A DNA stretch of 64,000 nucleotides from Candidatus Eiseniibacteriota bacterium. GTDB taxonomy: Bacteria; Eisenbacteria; RBG-16-71-46. Below the pieces are notes generated by a model. That model saw nothing but the letters and a program-made list of their open reading frames with translations, was not told where the DNA came from and searched no databases. The translations under genes were made by a program, and so were the position numbers. The stretch lies in the NCBI GenBank assembly GCA_963717505.1, contig OY970342.1:896001-960000 (forward strand). The letters are read 5' to 3'. This document shows positions 49,776-57,730 of the stretch, piece after piece. The number at the start of each line of letters is the position of its first letter. The first letter of the stretch is position 1.

Positions 49776-51301
49776 CAGCTCCGACCCCGCGGATGGCACG
49801 AGAAGCACGCATTGCTTTCGTATTGGTATCCCGACTCGCCGTTGTGATCGCCATCGGTTTTGGCGCGATCGCTGTGCGGATGACAGGTCAAACAGGTGAA
49901 CACCGAGAGGTTGGTCGGGTTGGTGTGACAGTCGGAGCAGGCGTCCCATTTTCCATTGTGCGCTCCGCTGTGGATCGGGAAGAAGTTCGTGTCGTGGTCG
50001 AACGTCGCGCCGGTCCAGGTCACGGTCGAGTGACAGGTGACGCAGTCGGTGTTGAATCCGGCCGCGGCATGCGCTGGGTTCGTCGTGCCGTCGTAGTCCG
50101 CCCGATGGCACGAGATGCACGCCGCGCTCTTCCCCTGGTAGACCCCGTCGCCGTGGCAGCTCGCGCACACCGCAGCCTGATGGGCCCCGGTCAGCGGGAA
50201 GCCGGTCATGGAATGGTCGAACACGGCTCCGCCCCAGGTGATCGTCGAGTGACAGGTCATGCAGTTCGTGCTGAACCCGGCGGATCGGTGGACCGGATCG
50301 GAGGTTCCATCGTAGTCCGCTTGGTGACAAGACACGCATGCGGTGCTCTTGCCGTCGTAGACGCCGTCGCCGTGGCAACTCATGCACGCTGCCGATTGGT
50401 GGGCGCCGGTCAGCGGGAACGCGGTCAACGAATGATCGAATGGACTTCCGCCCCAGGCGGTCGTGGTGTGGCAGGTGATGCAGTTGGTGCTGAACCCCGC
50501 CGAGCGGTGCTCCGGATCGGTGGTTCGGTCGTAGTCCTCCTGGTGACAGGACACGCACGCCGTGTTCTTTCCATTGTAGACACCATCTCCGTGACAGCTC
50601 ATGCACGCCACGGATCGATGGGCGCCACTCAGCGGGAACGCGGTCAAGGAGTGATCGAAGGTCGCGGTCTTCCACCCGATGGAGTTGTGGCAGGTCGCGC
50701 ACTCGGTCGGGAACCCGCCGCCCCGGTGATCCGGGGTGCGCGCCGCGTCGTAGTCCTTCATGTGACAGCTCTGGCAGTCGGCCTGCGTATTCAGGAACTG
50801 CATCTGACCCTGGGCTGCCGGCGGGTGGCAGGTCTCGCAATCCAGGGTCGCGTGGAAGCCGGTGAGCGGGAACGCCGTGAGCTGGTGCGCCTGGACCATG
50901 GGCGCGCGATCCACGAAGCTGCGGGAACCGTGGCAGCGCGCACAATCGGTGCCGAACTCGCCCAGGTGCGGATCCTCGTGGCAGGAGGCGCACCGGGGCT
51001 CGGTCCGGCGGAACTCGAGACTCGAATGGCACGAGCGGCAGTCGGCGGCGGCGTGAGCGCCCGCCAACTCGAATCCGAACTTCCCGTGGTCGAACTTGGG
51101 GCTGATCTTCGCCGGCTTCCAGGCGTTGGCCTCGTGACAGAGCGCACAATCCTCGCGGAAGTCGCCGTGGGGGTTGTTGTCCTTCGCCCGATCGGCGGCC
51201 AGCGCCGCCATCGCCAACGCCGCGAGCGGCGTCAACACAACCGCAGCAATCGCAAAGCGGCCCCACGTCCGGCGACGTTGATTGTCAGTGCGCGGAATCA
51301 T
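49775..51301 (-). CDS. Multiheme cytochrome c, 19 CxxCH motifs
   Basis: Signal peptide. 19 CxxCH counted by hand. FDH..FPL.GAH triheme modules. Confidence 0.92.
   Translation of the reverse strand: MIPRTDNQRRRTWGRFAIAAVVLTPLAALAMAALAADRAKDNNPHGDFREDCALCHEANAWKPAKISPKFDHGKFGFELAGAHAAADCRSCHSSLEFRRTEPRCASCHEDPHLGEFGTDCARCHGSRSFVDRAPMVQAHQLTAFPLTGFHATLDCETCHPPAAQGQMQFLNTQADCQSCHMKDYDAARTPDHRGGGFPTECATCHNSIGWKTATFDHSLTAFPLSGAHRSVACMSCHGDGVYNGKNTACVSCHQEDYDRTTDPEHRSAGFSTNCITCHTTTAWGGSPFDHSLTAFPLTGAHQSAACMSCHGDGVYDGKSTACVSCHQADYDGTSDPVHRSAGFSTNCMTCHSTITWGGAVFDHSMTGFPLTGAHQAAVCASCHGDGVYQGKSAACISCHRADYDGTTNPAHAAAGFNTDCVTCHSTVTWTGATFDHDTNFFPIHSGAHNGKWDACSDCHTNPTNLSVFTCLTCHPHSDRAKTDGDHNGESGYQYESNACFSCHPRGRS
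50003..50659 (-). repeat. Three tandem 219-bp (73-aa) triheme repeats
   Basis: FDH codons recur at 50659, 50440, 50221 and 50002. Units read FDHS.T.FPL.GAH...C.SCHGDGVY.GK..AC.SCH..DYD.T..P.H..AGF.T.C.TCH. Confidence 0.9.
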
Positions 51302-53174
51302 GGGCAGACGCCTCTCGGGTGGTCAGCATTAGAGCGAATTCCCGTCGCGGGGATCTGAGCATCATCCCAGACTTCTTCTCTTCGGGCACGTTCTTCCCGT
51401 GACAGCTCTCGCACTCGTGGGGAACCGGACGCCAGATCACGAGCGGTCCCTTCGCCGTCTGTTCCGTGCGATGACACGACAGGCACGGTGTGCGGGCATG
51501 TTCGCCTTCGAGTTTGAAGGAGGAGTGCCGGTTGTGATCGAACCGTGACGCGGGCGCGAACGCATCGTTGTCGTGACAGCCCTCGCAAGCGCCCCGGTCT
51601 TTACGACCCTTGAACTGGCCGGCGTGGACGTCCTCGTGGCACTCGGTGCAACGGGCGCGCTTCTGGGTGAAGGGCAGGGTCCGGCCGTGCGCGGCGCGCA
51701 GGGTCGAAGCGGCAGCCGTCGCCTTGAGCTCGGCGTGGCACGCCTGACATGGCACGGCCGCGTGCGCGCCCTCGAGCGGGAAGGCGTAGGCGGCGTGGGC
51801 CGCGACGTCCACGGCCGAGGGCCGGAACCGATGCACATCGTGACAGGACAAGCAGGCCTCTTGGGCACCGCGGGCGGTTGCAAAACGCCCGGCGTGCGGG
51901 TCACGGTGACAATCGACGCACTTCTCATGCCCGGGGCGCATGCGGACACGCGCCGGGCCCAGGGTGGCGGCCTCCGCGGCGTTGCCGCGTGCATGGCACA
52001 GGCGGCATTCGGTCTCGACGTGCGCCCCCTCCAGTGGATAGCGGGTAGCGCGATGACTGGCCACGGTGAACGAAGAGTGCTCGAAGGTCGCGACGGTGTG
52101 ACAGGTCGCGCAGTCGGCCGGCTTCCCGACGATCTGGCCCTGCCCGGCGTGCTGGTCCTTGTGGCATGAACCGCAGGTTGCGAACGGCGGCTTGGCCCCC
52201 CAAGCGCGCTTCGTGTCGTGACAGTCGGCGCATGCGACCTCGGCGTGCTTCCCTTTGAGCGGGTATCGCGTCAGGTCGTGATCGAATCCCTTTTCGTTGA
52301 TCACCGCGAATCCCTTGGTCGAGTGGCAGTCCGAGCAGGCGGTCCCGAATCGACCCTGATGTACGTCGCGGTGGCAGGAGCTGCATTCGGCGTGGGGCAC
52401 CGGCCGGTAGCGCGCGTCTTCGGTGAGCTTGGGTGCGTGAGCGGCGGCCATGCCGCTGGCCGCAGTTCGGGTGCGGGTTCGCTGGCCTTCGGCCGCGACC
52501 ACCTGGACTCCCGCAGGGGGATGGCACTTGGCACACTCGACGTCGACGTGCTTGCCGGTGAGCGCGAAGCGGGATTGATCGTGGTCGAACTTCGCCGCCG
52601 GACTCCAACCGTCGAGCCCGTGGCAGGTCTCGCACTTCGACCCTACCTGGCTGCGATGCACGTCTTTGTGACACGAGACGCAATCGGTCTCGAGGGCGAG
52701 CCAGCTCTCGGTATGGTTCTCGACCCGGAGCTTCCCGGAGAGCGGTAGTCGCTGGTACTTCGGTTCGTGACAGGTTCTGCACTCGACCTTGGCGTGCTTG
52801 CCCTCGAGCGGCCAGCCGGCTTCGTTGTGGTCGAAGGCCTCGAGTCCGGCCTTGCCCCAGGACACCAGGTCGAAGTCGCGCCCGGCGTGATCGGGATGGC
52901 AGCTCGCGCAGGCCTGGTCGGCGACCTTGGCATGGTACCCGCGATTCGCGCTCCTCATGGTCGCGATCTCGGTGTGACAAGCGAGGCAGTTCGCGTCCAT
53001 CGTCGACTTGCGCCCGGGCGCGACGTGGCACTTGAAGCAGTCGAGCGAGCCGTCGAGGCTGCGATGCGCATGGGCGAGCGGGCCGGGCGAGATCTGGCCC
53101 GCGGCCGGTGCCGCCCACGCGGAGACTCCGACCAGCAGCACCGCCCGCAGGAATCCGTCACGATGCCACCTCAC
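51285..53174 (-). CDS. Multiheme cytochrome c, 20 CxxCH motifs
   Basis: Signal peptide followed by QISPGPL..AH. 20 CxxCH counted by hand. Confidence 0.92.
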   Translation of the reverse strand: MRWHRDGFLRAVLLVGVSAWAAPAAGQISPGPLAHAHRSLDGSLDCFKCHVAPGRKSTMDANCLACHTEIATMRSANRGYHAKVADQACASCHPDHAGRDFDLVSWGKAGLEAFDHNEAGWPLEGKHAKVECRTCHEPKYQRLPLSGKLRVENHTESWLALETDCVSCHKDVHRSQVGSKCETCHGLDGWSPAAKFDHDQSRFALTGKHVDVECAKCHPPAGVQVVAAEGQRTRTRTAASGMAAAHAPKLTEDARYRPVPHAECSSCHRDVHQGRFGTACSDCHSTKGFAVINEKGFDHDLTRYPLKGKHAEVACADCHDTKRAWGAKPPFATCGSCHKDQHAGQGQIVGKPADCATCHTVATFEHSSFTVASHRATRYPLEGAHVETECRLCHARGNAAEAATLGPARVRMRPGHEKCVDCHRDPHAGRFATARGAQEACLSCHDVHRFRPSAVDVAAHAAYAFPLEGAHAAVPCQACHAELKATAAASTLRAAHGRTLPFTQKRARCTECHEDVHAGQFKGRKDRGACEGCHDNDAFAPASRFDHNRHSSFKLEGEHARTPCLSCHRTEQTAKGPLVIWRPVPHECESCHGKNVPEEKKSGMMLRSPRREFALMLTTREASAHDSAH

Positions 53175-54610
53175 GACACCGCGGCCGCTTCATGCGTCGC
53201 CGGTTCCAGCGCGATTTCCTTGCGCACGATGCGGACTCCCATCCGCTGCAGAAACGGGTAGGGGGCTTCCCCCCCGATGCGAACGATGACAAAGTCATTG
53301 GGTTGCTCGTACGGAGCGCCATTCTGCTCCAGGATCACCGAATGAGGTCGGATCTCTCGTACCTGGGTACCGAGCAGGAGCTGGATCCGCTTCTGCTCGA
53401 CTGCGGCCTTGAGCTTGGCCTGATTGCGCTCCTTCAGCCGCGAGAACTCGGTTCCGCGATACGAGAGGCTGACGGTCGTGCCCTTCTGGTTCGCGAGCCC
53501 GAGCGCCGACTCGATCGCGCTGTCGCCGCCCCCGACCACCAGCATCGACTGTCCGGCGAACGCCTCCATCTCGATGATGTCGTAGAGCACCTTTTCGGAA
53601 TCCTCGCCGGGCACCCCCAGACGCCGCGGCGTCCCGCGCCGGCCCATGGCGAGCACCACAGTGCGCGAACGGACCTCGCGGTCGGCGGTCGAGACCCGGA
53701 ACATCTCGCCGTCGCGCTCCACGCGCTCGATTCGGTGACCGGTGTTCACGATCAGGCCGGTCTTGGCGATGACCGTCTTCCACACGGCCAGCAGCTCTTC
53801 CTTCGAGCCGTCCGCCACCCACAAATCGCCGTACAGGGGCATGCGCACCGGCTCGGCGAACAGCAGCTTCTTGCGCGGGTACTTGTTGATCGTGTCCGAG
53901 ATCGCCCCCTGCTCCACCACCAGGTAGTGAAGCCCGGATCTCAGGGCCTCGAGACCGGCGCTCAGTCCTGCAGGGCCCGCACCCACGACCACGATGTCGT
54001 AGGCGTGCACGTCGCGATCCCGCCGCGGTTGACTGGGTGGCAGGAGACGAGCGATGTGCTCGACCGCGAGCTTGCCCTCGTTGACCGCGTTCTTGATCAG
54101 CCCGCGACCGCCGAGCTCGCCGACCACGTAGAGCCCGCGAACGTTGGTCTGAAAGTGCGCATCGACATAGGGCACCTCGAGGCGTTGCACCGCCGCACCC
54201 GCGGTGACCACCACCGCGCCTACCGGACATGCGGCTTTGCAGCTCGCGTGGCCCTTGCACAAGTCCAGATTCACGGTGGCGAGCTTGTTCACCATCACGA
54301 TGGCCCCTGGCTCCGGGCAGGCGTCGACGCAGGTGCCGCAGCCCACGCACAGATCCGATCGCACCACGGCGTGGAGCGGCCCCGAGGCCTCGGGCTCGGG
54401 GCCGTCGGCGACGATTGGCGCCAGGACCAGATCGTACGCCTGCATCGGCGCGTTGCATCGGGGGCAGGCCGAAGCATCGGGGGCCACCATGGTCTTGCAC
54501 CGGGGGCAGGGCATGCCGGCGTTGCGGCCGGAGCCGCGCTGTCGCATGTGGAGCACGGCCAGCAGCACCGTGATTCCGGCGAATGCGATCGTTGTTATGA
54601 GCATGGTCAC
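53171..54610 (-). CDS. Membrane-anchored Fe-S/FAD NAD(P)H oxidoreductase (TrxR/YpdA-like, circularly permuted)
   Basis: TM helix, CPRC..CPRC, CVGCGTCVDACP and CKGHASCKAACP, VVVGAGPAG, VVGGGDSAIE, SYRG. Confidence 0.85.
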   Translation of the reverse strand: MTMLITTIAFAGITVLLAVLHMRQRGSGRNAGMPCPRCKTMVAPDASACPRCNAPMQAYDLVLAPIVADGPEPEASGPLHAVVRSDLCVGCGTCVDACPEPGAIVMVNKLATVNLDLCKGHASCKAACPVGAVVVTAGAAVQRLEVPYVDAHFQTNVRGLYVVGELGGRGLIKNAVNEGKLAVEHIARLLPPSQPRRDRDVHAYDIVVVGAGPAGLSAGLEALRSGLHYLVVEQGAISDTINKYPRKKLLFAEPVRMPLYGDLWVADGSKEELLAVWKTVIAKTGLIVNTGHRIERVERDGEMFRVSTADREVRSRTVVLAMGRRGTPRRLGVPGEDSEKVLYDIIEMEAFAGQSMLVVGGGDSAIESALGLANQKGTTVSLSYRGTEFSRLKERNQAKLKAAVEQKRIQLLLGTQVREIRPHSVILEQNGAPYEQPNDFVIVRIGGEAPYPFLQRMGVRIVRKEIALEPATHEAAAVS

Positions 54611-54620
54611 GAGCGAATCC

Positions 54621-55592
54621 TCAAGACCCGACGGCGCCCATCAGCACCGCGACCACCACGTGGATCAATATCGCGACCAGCGCGGTGATGGCCACCGGAC
54701 GATGTGCCACGTGCCAGAGCGCGAACAGTCGCCGGGTGGCTTCGAAAGCGCGGATCTGGTGGGCCAGAGTCATCTCCCGCCGAGCGAGACGGGTCACTTC
54801 CACGAGCTGACCGTGATCGAGCGCCTTGCGTCCCGGACCGGGCCGTGCGAACCGCTTGGTCAGGTGCCTCACCGCGCGCCAGCGGGTGAAATCGCTGGTG
54901 ACCAGCAGGATCAACGCGCGGCCCGTGCCCAATCGCGACGTCGGCGCAGGATCCAACACCAGCATCTGCTCCACGTCCGAGGGGAGCAGCCCGGTGGTGG
55001 CGGCGATCCGGGTGACGATGGCACGTCGCTCGTTCGAAGCGTCCTCGAGCGTGAGTTCGAGACCGGCCTGGCTGCGCGGAATGCGTACGTAGAGATAGCG
55101 GCCGACGATGCCGCTCAGGACCACGAGCATCATCGCCAGGAAACCGAGGCCGATCAGCCCCTCGAACCGCCAGCCGGCATGAACCGCAACCAGCCCCGGC
55201 AGGGCGAGCCCGGCAACCGTGTGGACGCGCATCCACGAGGGCAGCTTCCCGGTCCACGCCAGCCAGCGGAACTTCTTGCGCAGCGGGTAGAGCCACATGA
55301 ACAGGAAGAAGGCGAAGCCCACGATCCCGAACGAGAGTCCGACCGAGCCGCCCGGCTTGAGCAGGGCGTGCACCGGGTCTCGGACACGCTCACTGCGCTC
55401 GGCCACGTAGTAGTGGAGCCAAACCAGCGACAGGGCCGCCGGAATCGCCAGGAGGACGAGCAGCGACCACCGATCGGCCGTCTCGGAGCGTTGAGCCGGC
55501 GCCACCAGCTTGGGTTTTGCGGACACGACCGGGGGCCGGCCAGGGGGCGGGAACGCAGCCCTTGGCCTGCCCGAAGCAGGTGCCTGTTGCAT
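54621..55592 (-). CDS. Inner-membrane protein, ferric-reductase/cytochrome b-like
   Basis: Several TM helices with paired His: WMRVH, VAVHAG, WHVAHRP, ILIHVV. Confidence 0.7.
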   Translation of the reverse strand: MQQAPASGRPRAAFPPPGRPPVVSAKPKLVAPAQRSETADRWSLLVLLAIPAALSLVWLHYYVAERSERVRDPVHALLKPGGSVGLSFGIVGFAFFLFMWLYPLRKKFRWLAWTGKLPSWMRVHTVAGLALPGLVAVHAGWRFEGLIGLGFLAMMLVVLSGIVGRYLYVRIPRSQAGLELTLEDASNERRAIVTRIAATTGLLPSDVEQMLVLDPAPTSRLGTGRALILLVTSDFTRWRAVRHLTKRFARPGPGRKALDHGQLVEVTRLARREMTLAHQIRAFEATRRLFALWHVAHRPVAITALVAILIHVVVAVLMGAVGS

Positions 55593-55681
55593 GATGCAAC
55601 GCTCCGTATCGCGGTTTGCGAGGGAAACACACGGAGAAACCTGGCCCGCAGCCATTGAGGGACGGGGGTAGGCCAGGTCCT

Positions 55682-55697
55682 TGCAGAACAGGTGCCA
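55682..55697 (-). promoter_or_regulatory. Sigma54 (-24/-12) promoter candidate
   Basis: The minus strand reads TGGCACCTGTTCTGCA, with GG and GC at canonical spacing, about 90 bp upstream of the operon's first ATG. Confidence 0.65.
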
Positions 55698-55749
55698 CAG
55701 CGGCCCCACAACTTGTTGTACCAGAAAAGGGGTTCGCGAGTTTCCGAAA

Positions 55750-57618
55750 CTATCGCGGCGCCGCCCCCTCACTCTCCAGCCAGCCCACGATCTCCCGGGT
55801 CTTGTCGTTATCGGGCGCCAGCCTTCGCAAGTGAAGGACTGCGTGCTCGACTGCGGCGCGATTGCCGCAATTGATCCCACTCACCCCGACACCGAACCAG
55901 GCGATCGTGAGGTTCGAATCGCGCTCGGCGGCGCGCAAGTAGATGTCGAGGGCCCGGTCGTGTCGGCCGTTCATGGTCTCGGCCATCGCCCAGTGCGTGT
56001 GGTTGCGGGCGCTGGGCGCGGCCGCCACTGCCTGTTCGAACGCGCGCGCGGAGTCCTCGTAGCGCGCCTCGCGAAAGTTCCGCCAGCCGAGAAAGTCCCA
56101 GGTGCGAGCGCGATCGACCGCCGGGCGGCCGGGCGGCTCGAGCATCAGGGCTTCCAGTCGCGCGAAGCCGCGCGCTTCATCGGCGTAGTGCACCAGCCAC
56201 TGAACGGCCGGGGTCGCGACCGCCGCGATCACCGCGACGGCGAGCCACCCGCGGCGCGAGCCATCGAGTGCGACCGCGATGCGCCATGCCGACCAGACCG
56301 CGAGTGCCACACCGGCGGTTGCGAACGAGTCCCAGTCGCGCACCAGCCCCTGTGGCGGACGTGCCGCCAGGAACACGAACGCGAACGGAATCGCGATCGA
56401 CGCGGCGATCCAACCCTGGTCGCGACGTAGCTGTCGGATGGCGGCGTCCGGCTCCGCGGCGCGCCGGCCGGCGATCGCCGCGATCACGGCCACCAGCAGG
56501 GCCGGCGCCAGGAACAGAACCAGGTTCAACACGTCGAGCAGCCGCGTCGGCTCGAATGCGGCCGCGAGCATTCCACCTCCGGCGCGCGTCTCAGCGGTCG
56601 CGAAGTTGGCGCCGAGGTCATAGGTCACGATGGTCCGCCACAGACGCGGCGCCAGGACGCAGAGCACGGTGATCGGAATGGTGACGGCGAAGAGCGCCGC
56701 GGCACCCGGTCCGCCGCGCGCCCTACGAAGCGCTCGAAACCCGATCACCCAGGTCAGCAGCAGTGCCGGCACCAGCCCGAGCGCAAAGCGATGGAACAAG
56801 ACGCCGATCGAAACGCATAGTCCGGCGCCGAGCAGCGGTACGCCGACGGCGGCCGACCCGCTCGCCGCCCGGCTCGCGTCTGCAACTGCGAGCGCGCACG
56901 CCGCGAAAGCGACCACCACCACACAGATCTCCGCGAAGGCCTTGCTCTCCCCCGTGTAGAGACAGAGGTAGCCGCCAAACAGAACCATCGCGGCGGCGGC
57001 CGTGGTCGCCGCCGGGCCCACTCGCATCGACCGCGCCAGGAAGATGGCCGCGGCGCCGAGCAGTGCCGCGCCCACGGCACCGATCACGCGTACGGCGGTG
57101 TGGACGTCGGTCCAGCCGGCCGACTGCACCCACCGTGGCAGCGAGTAGTGCAGCCAGACATCGAGTGGGAATGCCTGCGGCGAGAGCACCGTCGGGTCTT
57201 GTCCGTCTCGGAGCCCGCCCAAACGGATCAGGAAGTCCCCGACGAAGTAGAGACGGTCGGGGAGCGCGAACACGAGGGCGGCGGCAATCACGGCGGCGAC
57301 CAGGCCACCAAGCGCGGTTCGCGTCTGGATCGCGCGCCCGGCGGCCTCCGCCAACGGCGCCAGACGGCGGGCCACCGGTGGCGTCAGCGCCGCGGCCGCC
57401 AGAACCCACGGCGCCCACGCCCACCAGGGGTCGAGGAAGCGCTGGACGTTGAGCCCCCACAGGGCCATCGACGGAACGAACGAGACGACGGCGCGGGCGA
57501 CGAGGAGTGTCACCAGCGCAACCGCAATCGCCGTCGAACGGTGGTCCCGGGAACGCACTTCGTGGCCGATGGCGCCCCGGTGCGCGCCGGACGCGCCTTG
57601 CTGCGCGAGTTTCGCCAT
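55750..57618 (-). CDS. Polytopic membrane protein with C-terminal TPR repeats (possibly GT-C-like)
   Basis: Many hydrophobic helices, RDWDSFA loop, TPR-like helices (AFEQAVAAAP, YLRAAERD, LRRLAPDN). Confidence 0.65.
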   Translation of the reverse strand: MAKLAQQGASGAHRGAIGHEVRSRDHRSTAIAVALVTLLVARAVVSFVPSMALWGLNVQRFLDPWWAWAPWVLAAAALTPPVARRLAPLAEAAGRAIQTRTALGGLVAAVIAAALVFALPDRLYFVGDFLIRLGGLRDGQDPTVLSPQAFPLDVWLHYSLPRWVQSAGWTDVHTAVRVIGAVGAALLGAAAIFLARSMRVGPAATTAAAAMVLFGGYLCLYTGESKAFAEICVVVVAFAACALAVADASRAASGSAAVGVPLLGAGLCVSIGVLFHRFALGLVPALLLTWVIGFRALRRARGGPGAAALFAVTIPITVLCVLAPRLWRTIVTYDLGANFATAETRAGGGMLAAAFEPTRLLDVLNLVLFLAPALLVAVIAAIAGRRAAEPDAAIRQLRRDQGWIAASIAIPFAFVFLAARPPQGLVRDWDSFATAGVALAVWSAWRIAVALDGSRRGWLAVAVIAAVATPAVQWLVHYADEARGFARLEALMLEPPGRPAVDRARTWDFLGWRNFREARYEDSARAFEQAVAAAPSARNHTHWAMAETMNGRHDRALDIYLRAAERDSNLTIAWFGVGVSGINCGNRAAVEHAVLHLRRLAPDNDKTREIVGWLESEGAAPR

Positions 57619-57730
57619 GGAGATCGGCGACTATGCCACAGCGCCTCGTGGTTCGCGGATGGGGCCGACGTCAGGAACGCTCTGTTAGACTGGAGCCCAA
57701 ACTACTGCTCCCAACTCGCCGCAGGTCCAG

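Noticed and set aside
49776-51266. N-terminal half of the listed 1033-aa ORF 48165..51266
   Set aside because: Off-frame overlap with the 19-heme cytochrome. The real porin starts at 49775 with a signal peptide.
55708-55724. Second sigma54-like site TGGTACAACAAGTTGT on the minus strand
   Set aside because: Spacing is off by one base and the -12 GC is missing.
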